Virus record (IMG/VR): IMGVR_UViG_3300009168_000012
Location: 1 to 59,401 of that record
DNA length: 59,401 nucleotides
Direction: 5' to 3' (one strand)
Source: a virus
Taxonomy: Duplodnaviria > Caudoviricetes
Both the position numbers and the translations under genes were made by a program. Under the pieces are notes generated by a model that was not told the DNA's origin, did no database searches, and saw only the letters and a list, made by a program, of their open reading frames with translations. Shown piece after piece: positions 27,863-37,856 of the stretch; positions within the stretch are counted from its first letter, which is position 1; every line of letters begins with the position of its first letter.

Positions 27863-27888
27863 GTGAGATATTTTTTAATTGTGAGACA

Positions 27889-27931
27889 CAAAGATAAGAG
27901 ACTTTTTCAATTGACCAAATCTTTTTTGACA
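27889..27931 (-). promoter_or_regulatory. Early-type promoter P7
   Basis: Minus strand TGTCAAAAAAGATTTGGTCA...TATCTTTG then TGTCTCACA. Confidence 0.85.
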
Positions 27932-27948
27932 TTTTTTGAAAAAAAGAT

Positions 27949-28341
27949 TTAGCACATATAATCACCAAAATCACAATTGGGAAGGGAACCTTGTGATTCA
28001 CAAAAGGGAACCCAAAAATTCAAATATCTCTGTCTTGCATTTTCATAATCAGGATTCCCAATGATATATGTCACACCACCATGAACCACTGAAGGTTGCT
28101 GTTCATAATTATAAACAGGGTTCCCAAGATATTCCATTGCTGCTTCAAAGTTTTTTTGGCATGGGAGGTAACACAAACCTTCATATTTTCCACCTCTGTC
28201 AAGGTGATTATGTCCTGTATTGACTGACTTGTAAACCTTAAGGATTGCTTTCTTAACGTCTTCAGGGAAGTGTGCAGGAATCTTGCTTTCAATTTCTGCT
28301 TTCCGTTTTAACCAATTATTTGTGCTGAATCTTCTGGACAT
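27949..28341 (-). CDS. Hypothetical accessory protein
   Basis: MSRRFSTNN... after AAAAATTCTCATC leader. Confidence 0.7.
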   Translation of the reverse strand: MSRRFSTNNWLKRKAEIESKIPAHFPEDVKKAILKVYKSVNTGHNHLDRGGKYEGLCYLPCQKNFEAAMEYLGNPVYNYEQQPSVVHGGVTYIIGNPDYENARQRYLNFWVPFCESQGSLPNCDFGDYMC

Positions 28342-28388
28342 GATGAGAATTTTTAAGTGGAACCTGCATGGTGCAGGTTCCGGTTTTT

Positions 28389-28589
28389 TTATTTTACTGG
28401 AATCCAAAGGTTTGCATTCAGGTATTTTTGAACTGTTGTCAATGCTTCCCGGTGAGGTGTTGCACCTTCCCATGAAGTAACAAACAATGATTTGTCTGTC
28501 ACCTTAACAACAGTTGATATTCCTGAAGGTGTACCATTACCATAAAATGTTTCAAACTTTTGTCCAACTTTAATTTCAGTGCTTTTCAT
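28389..28589 (-). CDS. Hypothetical accessory protein
   Basis: MKSTEIKVGQKF... after P8. Confidence 0.7.
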   Translation of the reverse strand: MKSTEIKVGQKFETFYGNGTPSGISTVVKVTDKSLFVTSWEGATPHREALTTVQKYLNANLWIPVK

Positions 28590-28608
28590 ATTTTCCCGTT
28601 TTGTTACA

Positions 28609-28651
28609 CAAAGATATGACTGCATTTTAATTGACCAAATATATTTTGACA
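28609..28651 (-). promoter_or_regulatory. Early-type promoter P8
   Basis: Minus strand TGTCAAAATATATTTGGTCA...TATCTTTG. Confidence 0.85.
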
Positions 28652-28726
28652 AAAAGGAAAATATTTTTTGTCTTGCTTTTTTATGACTGAATCCTTAACT
28701 TGATTCTTCCAATAAAATCAAAGGTC

Positions 28727-28963
28727 ATGGCATTCATTCATAAGACATTTTTGAGAGCAGAAAATTTCAGGTTCATTTATTCCCAAGCAAAAGCCAACAG
28801 CAAGGAAGGATTGGTGATTGGCATTCACAGGTGGAAACTTGGGGAAATGGTGGTTGGTGTTTATATCCTGTCAACAAACAGTTTGAGGTTCACTGAAGAT
28901 GGGAAAACCTTGAAAAGAAATACACTTCAGAAGATTAAGGAACAGGTGGTGAGACATGATTGA
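28727..28963 (+). CDS. Hypothetical protein
   Basis: 78-aa ORF. Confidence 0.5.
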   Translation: MAFIHKTFLRAENFRFIYSQAKANSKEGLVIGIHRWKLGEMVVGVYILSTNSLRFTEDGKTLKRNTLQKIKEQVVRHD

Positions 28964-28964
28964 T

Positions 28965-29159
28965 TCATTTATTAAGTGACTGCAACTTCAGGGTTTGCCA
29001 TTCCCTTATAATTCTGTAATACACTTCAGGACGTTTTAAAACAAGTCCTTCAGCAAATTCCAACCTGATTTGCTCTTCCTTGATTATCCTGTTTATATCT
29101 GATGGCAAGTTCCTTAACATGGAACTGGACACCTTTGGGTGGTTTTGTTTTTCCTGCAT
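28965..29159 (-). CDS. Small putative ribbon-helix-helix regulator
   Basis: SSMLRNLPSDINRIIKE..RPEVYYRIIREW; own TACTTTTG box upstream; divergent from head genes. Confidence 0.5.
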   Translation of the reverse strand: MQEKQNHPKVSSSMLRNLPSDINRIIKEEQIRLEFAEGLVLKRPEVYYRIIREWQTLKLQSLNK

Positions 29160-29272
29160 GCCTGTTACTTTTGAAACAACAGTTGCAAAAGTAACAACAC
29201 AAAAAGCAGAATCCCAACTATTTCTTGACACATTTGTTGCTGTATATAATTTTCAATAATAAAAATGTAAGT

Positions 29273-29605
29273 ATGGGAAGGATGCTGATGGTCACTGATG
29301 CAGTTGGAACTTTGCACAAGACACCACTTGGAAATAAACCAACTTACCAAAGCAGGAACCGGATATTGGGTGACAAGGCATATAAGATTCAGGAAATGGA
29401 AGAGACTGAAATTGATGATTTTATGGAGAAGCATGATGGGATTGACCCTGAATTTGTCACACCAAGCAAGGCAAATGAAATGATTGCATCCAAGGATGAC
29501 ACCATTAAGCAACTGCAAGCACAATTGGCTGCACTTCAGAATGGTGTTTCAGCAAAGGTTCAGGAAATCAAAGAATCTCAACAATTAAAAGGCAGTGTTA
29601 AATAA
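29273..29605 (+). CDS. Hypothetical head-module protein
   Basis: 110 aa, upstream of scaffold. Confidence 0.7.
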   Translation: MGRMLMVTDAVGTLHKTPLGNKPTYQSRNRILGDKAYKIQEMEETEIDDFMEKHDGIDPEFVTPSKANEMIASKDDTIKQLQAQLAALQNGVSAKVQEIKESQQLKGSVK

Positions 29606-29611
29606 ATCTTT

Positions 29612-30526
29612 ATGGCTCAATTTGGCAATCTTATAAAAAGTCTTGCAACCAAAGCAGGTTTGAAAGCTGATGATGAAACCTTAAAAAAAATCATGGCAAT
29701 TGCTGAAGTTTCAACACTGGAAGTGCCTGATGAATTTAACACTGCACTGGAAACAAACCTTTTGACAGAACAATCAGCAGCAGCCAACACCAATGTAAGA
29801 AGCAAGTTATTTGCAGAAGCATTGAATGGTGTTGATGTTGAACTTGAAAAATTTATCCCTGATTTTGAATTTGATGACACTTTCAAAACTGAATGGAAGA
29901 CCAACAAGAACACCAATGACAAGTTGAGAAAGTTGAATGCACAAATGAAAGTGCAGGTTGATAAAATCAAGGAAGCTGCAAAAACAGGAAAGCATGATGC
30001 AAATGCAGAAGCACAAGTATCTGCTTTAAAAGGTCAAATATCTGATTTGAATAAGCAACAGGAGAATCTTAAACTGTTGCATCAAACTGAATTGGATAAT
30101 TTGAAAAATCAGAACTTAACAGATAAAAAAAATTATCTGCTTCAAACAAAACTTGCAGGAAAACCATTACCCAAAAATGGTTTGGCTCCTGAAATAAATA
30201 TTTTAACGGCAAAGACCTTGCTTGAGCAAGACCTTGCAAAACACAACCTGATTATTACTTTTGATGGTAATGGTCAACCAATCTTGAAACAGCGAAAGGA
30301 TGGTGCTGATATTGACTTTTTTGTTGATAATAAGCAAGTGACTTTTGACGGTTTCATTGACGGCGTTTTGGCGCAAAACAAATTCGTTCAGGTACAAGAT
30401 TCTCAACCCGCAAACGGGCAGAATAAAACAGGACAACAGAATTTTGCACCAACACAACTACCTTCCAACCAATCGGTTGTTTCTTCCATTGATGCACAAT
30501 TGGCAGAATTGGGTGTGCAGGTGTAA
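29612..30526 (+). CDS. Capsid scaffolding protein (putative)
   Basis: Coiled-coil, charged, immediately upstream of capsid gene. Confidence 0.7.
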   Translation: MAQFGNLIKSLATKAGLKADDETLKKIMAIAEVSTLEVPDEFNTALETNLLTEQSAAANTNVRSKLFAEALNGVDVELEKFIPDFEFDDTFKTEWKTNKNTNDKLRKLNAQMKVQVDKIKEAAKTGKHDANAEAQVSALKGQISDLNKQQENLKLLHQTELDNLKNQNLTDKKNYLLQTKLAGKPLPKNGLAPEINILTAKTLLEQDLAKHNLIITFDGNGQPILKQRKDGADIDFFVDNKQVTFDGFIDGVLAQNKFVQVQDSQPANGQNKTGQQNFAPTQLPSNQSVVSSIDAQLAELGVQV

Positions 30527-30571
30527 AAGGCATGTTGCAAAAACTGCTTTTTTTAAACACCTTTTTAAATC

Positions 30572-31699
30572 ATGGCAAATGGTTTTGTTGCTGGACTTAT
30601 GTTAACCAGCAAGCAAGTTTTTCAGGGTGCAAATCCCTCTGAAAAAATTACACCCCCCGGTTATCTCAAATATCTTTTAAGCAATGGCAATCCCAATATC
30701 ATCAGCAATGGGATAAGTGATGGTTCAGGGCATGTTCGCAATGTGGTTATAAAATACCGACCAAGAACAATTCCCGGTTTATCACATACAGAAGATGACT
30801 GTTCTGTTCAGGCAAGTCCAGTGTATAAAGAAATGTCATTGCCACCACTGATGTTCAGGAAGTATGGTGTGTTCATTGATTATGAAACAATTGCCAAATA
30901 CGAACAGGAAGCAAGTGCAACTGTAAGGGTTGGCCGTCCAGCACCACCACAAGGAATCCTGATGGAGATTTACAATGCAGTGGTTGAATCTGCAAATGGT
31001 TTATTTGCTGACATTAACAATGACCTTCTTGCAATTCAGGTTGCAGCATTTGGAAAGAATCAAACCACCGGAAGCAATGCAGCCAAAACAGTCAACTTCC
31101 CATTAAGCACTGCAACCAACCCATTGACACAAGGTTTGACAATGCTGGCAACAGATGTGATGGCCAATGAAATCAAACCATTGAATTACACCATTGTTGG
31201 TGATGGGATGATTAATGCTGCTTATACTCAAATGAGGTATAACACCCAAAACACAACCCAACAGAATTATCCTTCAACATTCCCTCAATTCTTTTATGAC
31301 CCATACACTGCTGCAAAGTGGGGAGCAAACCAATTTGGTGTGTTTGAAAAGGATGCTGTTCAATTGGTGAATGTGACCAAATTCAATGGGTTTGTTGGTG
31401 GTGATAAAATGAGCACCTTCCTCTTCACAATGGAACTTCCTGTTGTGGATTCTGTTGGTGATACAACCTTGCAGTCTTTCCGTTTTGATGCACAGTTAAG
31501 GCATGTTGATTGCCCAACTGAAATGGAAATTGGAACAGGTGCAGGTGGTTATCCTGCATTGCAGTCTGTTGGGCGTGGTTGGATTCTTGACCTTATGGCC
31601 AACTATACACAAGTCAACATTGCTGCTGATGCTTACTTAACTGCTGACCGTTTAACAGGCAATAATGGGACATTAAGGTATGTTGCCACAAATGCATAA
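30572..31699 (+). CDS. Major capsid protein (putative)
   Basis: 375 aa between scaffold and adaptor genes; KITPPGYL..GHVRNVVIKYRPR. Confidence 0.8.
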   Translation: MANGFVAGLMLTSKQVFQGANPSEKITPPGYLKYLLSNGNPNIISNGISDGSGHVRNVVIKYRPRTIPGLSHTEDDCSVQASPVYKEMSLPPLMFRKYGVFIDYETIAKYEQEASATVRVGRPAPPQGILMEIYNAVVESANGLFADINNDLLAIQVAAFGKNQTTGSNAAKTVNFPLSTATNPLTQGLTMLATDVMANEIKPLNYTIVGDGMINAAYTQMRYNTQNTTQQNYPSTFPQFFYDPYTAAKWGANQFGVFEKDAVQLVNVTKFNGFVGGDKMSTFLFTMELPVVDSVGDTTLQSFRFDAQLRHVDCPTEMEIGTGAGGYPALQSVGRGWILDLMANYTQVNIAADAYLTADRLTGNNGTLRYVATNA

Positions 31700-31702
31700 A
31701 GC

Positions 31703-32224
31703 ATGGATTGCTTTTTGAGTTATATCGGGATTTACGCACCGGGAGTTCTGACACCACCTGCACCACCTGCACCTGAAAGTGGATTATATATTAACAAGGA
31801 CTTACCCATTTCGATTCAGGAGATTGATGCTTATGCAGATGCAGAGCAAGAAACCTTGTGGATTGTATGGGATGAAGTTCAAAAAAGGGGAATAAAAAAA
31901 TTCATCAGTAAGGTTCAGGCAGGTTATCGGGATTTATTTGGTTCCTGCTTTTTGGATGAAGATTGGTTTTGTGATAACAAGGCAGAATTGCAATTGCCAT
32001 TGCTTTATTTTCTTGGTGCTGAATTAATGACTGAAAAGATTTACACCACAAGAATTAACAGGTACACAAGAGCATTTGACATTGCAAGAGCAAGGGAAAT
32101 GAGGGAAGAGTTCACCAATGAATTTTATTCTCAATTGAAGGATGCATTGGGGAACATTGGACAGGTGGAAGAAAAGGGTTGTGCCAATGATGGTGTCTTT
32201 ATTTATTTTGAATCATTGCCATGA
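31703..32224 (+). CDS. Head-tail adaptor (putative)
   Basis: Position after capsid gene; TRINRYT motif. Confidence 0.55.
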   Translation: MDCFLSYIGIYAPGVLTPPAPPAPESGLYINKDLPISIQEIDAYADAEQETLWIVWDEVQKRGIKKFISKVQAGYRDLFGSCFLDEDWFCDNKAELQLPLLYFLGAELMTEKIYTTRINRYTRAFDIARAREMREEFTNEFYSQLKDALGNIGQVEEKGCANDGVFIYFESLP

Positions 32225-32802
32225 AAATGAATATTACTTCCAACTTAAGTGAAGTCACTGAACAACTTCAAATCACATTAAATGATGCAACTGATGTTGA
32301 TGTGATTGCAAGGATTGTTGCTGAATCAATCAGAGGTGACATGAAAAGAAGGATTCACACTGATGGTCTTGCTTCAGATGGTGCACCCATTGGAACTTAT
32401 TCACCGGGATATATGAAAGTGAGAACAGGTGATTATGGCAATTCAGCAAGGGTGTCAAGAGGTAAGGATAAAGGAAAGGCAAAAGATTCAGGGTTCTTCA
32501 CCAAGGGACAACAGGCAACATATAATATTGAGACAAAGAAACCTGATGTTGCAAGGCCAAAGTACAACAGGACAAATGACACAAAGGTTGTCATATCACT
32601 GACTTCACAATTGGAAAATGATGAAGTGACCATTCACCTTGGAAAAGGCAATTATGGAATTGGTTGCTTGAACAAACACAATTGGGATAAATCACAATGG
32701 GTTGAAGAAACATACAAGAAGAAAATTTTTGCATCAACACAAGCTGAAAGGGATGCAGCAAAAATTCTGATTGAAAAGCACATTAACAATGCCATTTCTT
32801 GA
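32221..32802 (+). CDS. Neck/virion morphogenesis protein (putative)
   Basis: RIHTDGLASDGAPIGTYS..VVISLTSQL, basic. Confidence 0.6.
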   Translation: MKMNITSNLSEVTEQLQITLNDATDVDVIARIVAESIRGDMKRRIHTDGLASDGAPIGTYSPGYMKVRTGDYGNSARVSRGKDKGKAKDSGFFTKGQQATYNIETKKPDVARPKYNRTNDTKVVISLTSQLENDEVTIHLGKGNYGIGCLNKHNWDKSQWVEETYKKKIFASTQAERDAAKILIEKHINNAIS

Positions 32803-33394
32803 CCATATTGTTTCAGCAGTCAATGCACAACTGGCAACAGGACTTTCAAAATGTTTCAGTCCTGAAAAGATAAAGGTGTATGGGATAACTGAATCAGTAT
32901 TGGATTCCAGTGCAGCACAAGAAGGAGCAAGACCAATCAGGTATCCGATTGTTGTTGATAACAATGGTGAAGGGACAATGGTTGCAATTGATGACAGGTT
33001 TGATATAATTCTTTATCATAAGTTGGAATCAATAACCACAACCCTTGATGCAACAAAAGGATTTGGTGACAGTCTTGGGAATTATTTTGAACAGGCAAAT
33101 TTTGGAATGATGGTTGCGTCCTTCAGGGAAAAAACAGGGAAGACTGCAAGTTGGCTGGAATCCATTGTCAAAGATGAAATGCCACAATCATTCACATTGA
33201 ATAATAAAGCAACAGGAAAAAGATTGTTCAAAGCATCACTGAAACCATTGGTGTCAAATTTTGATAAGTATGTTTTGCTTCAACGTGAATACACTGAAGC
33301 AGCAGTTGCTTTTCCTCACATTGTTTTCTTTGAAATAAAGTACAGGATTGAGAGCAGTTACAAGGCAGGATGCTTCCAGTGTAATTGCGTATAA
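32789..33394 (+). CDS. Tail completion protein (putative)
   Basis: Synteny only. Confidence 0.45.
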   Translation: MPFLDHIVSAVNAQLATGLSKCFSPEKIKVYGITESVLDSSAAQEGARPIRYPIVVDNNGEGTMVAIDDRFDIILYHKLESITTTLDATKGFGDSLGNYFEQANFGMMVASFREKTGKTASWLESIVKDEMPQSFTLNNKATGKRLFKASLKPLVSNFDKYVLLQREYTEAAVAFPHIVFFEIKYRIESSYKAGCFQCNCV

Positions 33395-33425
33395 AAATAT
33401 TTTTAAAACATTAAAAAAAATTGTC

Positions 33426-34037
33426 ATGGCATACGGAAGTTATTATGGGAATTGTGATGATACTGTTGACCCTCATGTTTGTCGGGATTGTGATGATGTG
33501 ACTGAAAAGGGAAGGATAAGAAGAGGTGGTTGGCTGAAGCATTCATCATATGCAACAGTGATTGCAAACCCGATTGACCCAACTGTTTGGGAAACAGCAA
33601 AAGCAGCAGGTGACTTCATTCCACTTCCTGAATTATCAGGGACATTTGATGGTGGAGCACCAAAATATGTTGCAGGGTTTGGTGATGTTAAGGAAAAATA
33701 TTCAGGCAGTGACTTCACTGCAACAATTCGTGACCCTGTTTACACTGAAAACTGGCCACATTACAATTCCATTGTTGGAAAAAGTAATTGGCACCTTGTT
33801 TATGTTACTGAAACACAAACTCATATCAGTGGAGTTCCTGTAACTGTTGCACCAAAGAACCCAATCACTGAAAATGTTGATGATGATGTGATTTGGGAAT
33901 CTGAAGTCAAATGGTTTGAACACTTTACACCTGCACCACATGCTGTTCCTCTGGAAGTTTTTGATTGCAACCCTGAAGAAGAAGAGGTTGCAGGATTTAG
34001 TGAAAATCGTGAACGTGAACAGTTTTCAGAAGTATAA
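33426..34037 (+). CDS. Major tail (tube) protein (putative)
   Basis: ~200 aa acidic beta-rich, GTFDGG..GFGD; followed by terminator. Confidence 0.6.
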   Translation: MAYGSYYGNCDDTVDPHVCRDCDDVTEKGRIRRGGWLKHSSYATVIANPIDPTVWETAKAAGDFIPLPELSGTFDGGAPKYVAGFGDVKEKYSGSDFTATIRDPVYTENWPHYNSIVGKSNWHLVYVTETQTHISGVPVTVAPKNPITENVDDDVIWESEVKWFEHFTPAPHAVPLEVFDCNPEEEEVAGFSENREREQFSEV

Positions 34038-34052
34038 ATGGGAGTAAGTAAG

Positions 34053-34077
34053 GGAGCAGTGCAAACTGCTCTTTTTG
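34053..34077 (+). terminator. Intrinsic terminator
   Basis: GAGCAG/CTGCTC plus T5. Confidence 0.6.
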
Positions 34078-34112
34078 TATTATGTTTTTTCTTAATACTT
34101 TAAAATAAATTT

Positions 34113-34556
34113 ATGGAACCGTTCAAAGCATTGATTGTGCCACTGAAGAAACCAACATTGCCACCGGGAACAGGTGGAGGTGGTGGAGGTGGTGAGCATC
34201 CTGACCATGACCTTCCTCTTTTTCCTTTTCATCCCATTGTAGTTCCACCGGGCGGAAACTGGCCGGGAGAACCACCAATCACAGGAGGTGGTGGAGAAGG
34301 AGAACCACCAAAACCAAATCATGATTTACCTCTTTTCCCTTTTCATCCAATCGTTGTCCCACCGGGAGGAAACTGGCCAACAGAACCACCACCAACAGGT
34401 GAAGGTGGAGAGGGTGAACCAAGTCATCCAATAAATTTGCCACCTTCAGACAATGGTTATTGGGTGTTTGTTTTTGTACCGGGAGTTGGTTGGTCATGGG
34501 TTGCCATTACACCACAACCATTGCCACCAAATGAAACTCACCCTCAACCCAAATGA
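34113..34556 (+). CDS. Pro/Gly-rich repeat protein
   Basis: Two copies of HDLPLFPFHPIVVPPGGNWP; C-terminal YWVFVFVPGVGWSW. Confidence 0.75.
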   Translation: MEPFKALIVPLKKPTLPPGTGGGGGGGEHPDHDLPLFPFHPIVVPPGGNWPGEPPITGGGGEGEPPKPNHDLPLFPFHPIVVPPGGNWPTEPPPTGEGGEGEPSHPINLPPSDNGYWVFVFVPGVGWSWVAITPQPLPPNETHPQPK

Positions 34557-34582
34557 TGAATCATTCCTTATCAGGTTAAACC

Positions 34583-37500
34583 ATGAGAATCAAAACTGTT
34601 TTCACTGTTCCTGAAAAATGTTATGCAAGTGCAGATTTGTATGACAGGGAAGGAAAATTCATTCGCAACCTCTGGAATCAGAGGTTGCTTTATTCTGATA
34701 AGACATACACTGAATATTACAGGGATGACAGTGGGTTGATTGCAGGTGATGATTACAGGTTAAAGTTAACCATAAACAATATCCGTTCTTATTGGGCAAA
34801 TGTCATTGGGAACACTGCTGCAAAGCTGACAGGTGCATCCACCTTCTTCAACATGATGCAAGCACAAGACATGGATGCAGGTGTTGACAGTTTTTTTTAT
34901 TGCACTGCATACAATGAAGGAAAGACTTCTTGTTTCAGGATGCTGAAAAGCAATATTCAAGCAGCAACAAAAGTTTTTTCTGACAGGGGGTTTGACACAT
35001 ATCATGTTTGTGTTAAAAATGGCATTGTGTATTGGGCAGGTGTGGATGCTTACAAAACAAAATCTTGGGCTGAAGAATATGCTGACAGGTGGATTGATAA
35101 AAAGCAAACAGCAAAAGAAGCTGCAAATGGATTCCCTGATTATACAGAAGACATGGTGAGAAAATGCAATCTCACATATTGTGATGCAGATGGTTATTTT
35201 TTAGGGTACAGAAAACCAACCACCACCAAGCAGGATTTTATAAAATGGTTTGATACTTACATTGTAAGAGATACATGGTGTAAGACATGCAGTGGTGTAT
35301 TTGCCACAATGGAAAGCAACAACAGTGAAGTGAGGTTTTTGTATGGAAAGGAATACAAGCCATATTTGGGAAGGACATATGCATCAGTCATTGGACTTTA
35401 TCAAGGTGATTTGGCTGATGTGACAGGGTTGGCAGTAAGTGATGATTGCATTTTCATTGCTTATGGTGGAAGACAGAACATGTGGTATTGGAACAGCAGG
35501 AATGTCATTACAGTGTTGGATTTATTTGGAAAGGAACTGAATCAATTCAAGGTTGAAAAGCCGGGAAAGATGATTGTGGTGGATGACTTTCTTTTTTATT
35601 GTTCTGGACAAAAAATATGCAAAGCAAAGATTGATGCAGCAGGTAATATCACACCTGAAAAGGAATTGCAGGTGAATGGAAGTTTCACAGTGTTTGATGT
35701 TTCATATTATAAACCAACAGACACAATTGCTGTTGCTGCAACTGATGGATTGATTCATTATTATGATAAGGAGTTCAATTTAAAAAGTGAGCAGGGAAAC
35801 AAGGAAATGTATTGGGAAAAACCTGATGTGCATGATGACAAGTTTTATTGGGAAGATATGAGAAGGACATATGAATGTTTCATATGCACTGACACTGTTA
35901 ATGGATTGCAATTGATTGGTGATGGTGGCAACCAAAGGGTTCAGGTTTTTGACAGGAACTTCATCTTTAAAACAAGTATTTCTTGGTTAAGCACAAGTTA
36001 TCAGGTGGAATCAATCAATGATGATGCAACAAGGGTGTTCAGTGAATACCTTGAATTTAATGTTGATTACACCAACCCACAATCATTGAAGTGGAGGTTG
36101 GCAAACAATTGGTCATGTTATGCTGACAGTGAATACATTTATTTGAACATGCCTTTTGTGCTTAATGGGAAGACTTATGCAAAGCAGCAGTCAATATCAT
36201 TCAATCAAATCAGGTTGGTTGAATTAAGTCCTGAAGTGGGTTTGGTGCCATTGAATGTTGTGAAACTTCCTTCCAATATCCATAAGAGTAATGTCATGAT
36301 TTATCCTGATGGTGGTATTTATCGGAATGAAAATAAACCGGGATATTACATAAGGGTTGGAAGACAGAAATTATTGAACGTGAATGAAGATGGCACTTTC
36401 AATTGGGCTGCACCTGTTGTGATTGTGAACACTGGAACACCACCACCTGAATCCACTCAAAACAATATGAGCAGGAGAGTTTTTGAAACCATTGGTGACA
36501 AGCTGTATCAATACAATGCACACAGGACAGGAACAGGGAATCATTTGACGGCAATAAACATGTTGGATGGCACATTCATTCACAATGCATTTCCTTCAAC
36601 CCATGCAGGTTATTTTGGGGAATACATGAATGATGTTTTTGATATTGGGAATGGTGTGATTTATCCCGGCGGGATATTTATTGCAAGGGATGCTTTTTTG
36701 ATATGCAATTATCATGGTGAATTTTGGGGAGCAGGACAGGTGAACAAATGGCACCTTTTTGACCAACACCTTGTTGCACTGCATACATATGGAACTGAAG
36801 TAAAAACAACAAGGAAACAAGGCATTGAGCATCCTGCTGCAATGATGGCTGGCAACAGTTTCACAGGGAACTTTGTGAAGCAAGGTGAATTTTATTATCT
36901 GTTCCATTGTGATGAGAACCACCATTCAGGGATTCATGTGGTGAGGTTTGAAGGGATGAACACTGTTAAGAGGTTGGAATATCCTTCAAGTGTTTTTGAA
37001 TACAATGACAGTCCTTGGGTGACTTATCCAATGTTGGAATTACCCAAGGTTGGCAACCTGAAGAATGGTGATGCAGGATGGTCAATGGAACCTGAAGAAG
37101 GTTATTATATAAGTTCAACTGACAGTTATCAGGTAAGGATGGGAAGGAAGTTCTTAAGCAAAACTGAACCTTCAGATTTGCAATTGTCCTTCAGGGTTCC
37201 AAACAGAACTGCAATGGTGACTTATCCAATCAATCCTGTAAGTGTTACCAAATGGAATTTTGAATGCTTTATCAACTTTGAAGATAATTACCATTCAAGG
37301 GATAATGGCACAACTTCAGGGATAAAATTACAATTGGTGGATGCTGATGATAAGGTATTGTTTGAATTATTTCCTGCATTGAATTACTCAACAAAAATTG
37401 TGACCTTATACATTAATGACAAGGTTGTGTTTTCATTGCGTGAATTTGATGCAGAAAAAATCCTTGATTATTACAGGAAGATAATTGTTTGGGCAAGCAA

Positions 37501-37657
37501 TAATATTTTATATGCAAGGTTCCACAATTATCCAACAATAACACTTGGAAGGATTGAAACAAAACCTGCATTGATAAGATTGATTGCATACAATTTCATC
37601 AGCAAAACATATGACCAAAATTTATCAGTGAGGTCAATAAAATTCAACAGAAGGTGA
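34583..37657 (+). CDS. Large beta-propeller-like protein with FlgD-like N-terminus
   Basis: LYDREGKFIRNLW; NHL-like IGDGGNQRVQVFD; NYHGEFW. Confidence 0.55.
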   Translation: MRIKTVFTVPEKCYASADLYDREGKFIRNLWNQRLLYSDKTYTEYYRDDSGLIAGDDYRLKLTINNIRSYWANVIGNTAAKLTGASTFFNMMQAQDMDAGVDSFFYCTAYNEGKTSCFRMLKSNIQAATKVFSDRGFDTYHVCVKNGIVYWAGVDAYKTKSWAEEYADRWIDKKQTAKEAANGFPDYTEDMVRKCNLTYCDADGYFLGYRKPTTTKQDFIKWFDTYIVRDTWCKTCSGVFATMESNNSEVRFLYGKEYKPYLGRTYASVIGLYQGDLADVTGLAVSDDCIFIAYGGRQNMWYWNSRNVITVLDLFGKELNQFKVEKPGKMIVVDDFLFYCSGQKICKAKIDAAGNITPEKELQVNGSFTVFDVSYYKPTDTIAVAATDGLIHYYDKEFNLKSEQGNKEMYWEKPDVHDDKFYWEDMRRTYECFICTDTVNGLQLIGDGGNQRVQVFDRNFIFKTSISWLSTSYQVESINDDATRVFSEYLEFNVDYTNPQSLKWRLANNWSCYADSEYIYLNMPFVLNGKTYAKQQSISFNQIRLVELSPEVGLVPLNVVKLPSNIHKSNVMIYPDGGIYRNENKPGYYIRVGRQKLLNVNEDGTFNWAAPVVIVNTGTPPPESTQNNMSRRVFETIGDKLYQYNAHRTGTGNHLTAINMLDGTFIHNAFPSTHAGYFGEYMNDVFDIGNGVIYPGGIFIARDAFLICNYHGEFWGAGQVNKWHLFDQHLVALHTYGTEVKTTRKQGIEHPAAMMAGNSFTGNFVKQGEFYYLFHCDENHHSGIHVVRFEGMNTVKRLEYPSSVFEYNDSPWVTYPMLELPKVGNLKNGDAGWSMEPEEGYYISSTDSYQVRMGRKFLSKTEPSDLQLSFRVPNRTAMVTYPINPVSVTKWNFECFINFEDNYHSRDNGTTSGIKLQLVDADDKVLFELFPALNYSTKIVTLYINDKVVFSLREFDAEKILDYYRKIIVWASNNILYARFHNYPTITLGRIETKPALIRLIAYNFISKTYDQNLSVRSIKFNRR

Positions 37658-37845
37658 CATGGTTCGCAAATAAAGCAAACCTGACGGAAAGTGAACTGCA
37701 TGTCTTAATTGAAGTAATAAAAGCAGTGATTGCAGCAGTGATTGCATTTTTTGTTATCAGGCACCGGAAAAGGCAAAAGAAAAAGGAAGATGAACACAGG
37801 AAGAAGCAAGTGGAACATTGGGAAGAAATGGAGAAAAAAAATTAA
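37654..37845 (+). CDS. Small membrane protein, holin/antiholin-like
   Basis: One hydrophobic helix plus highly charged C-terminal tail. Confidence 0.45.
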   Translation: MTWFANKANLTESELHVLIEVIKAVIAAVIAFFVIRHRKRQKKKEDEHRKKQVEHWEEMEKKN

Positions 37846-37856
37846 AAATATTTTTT

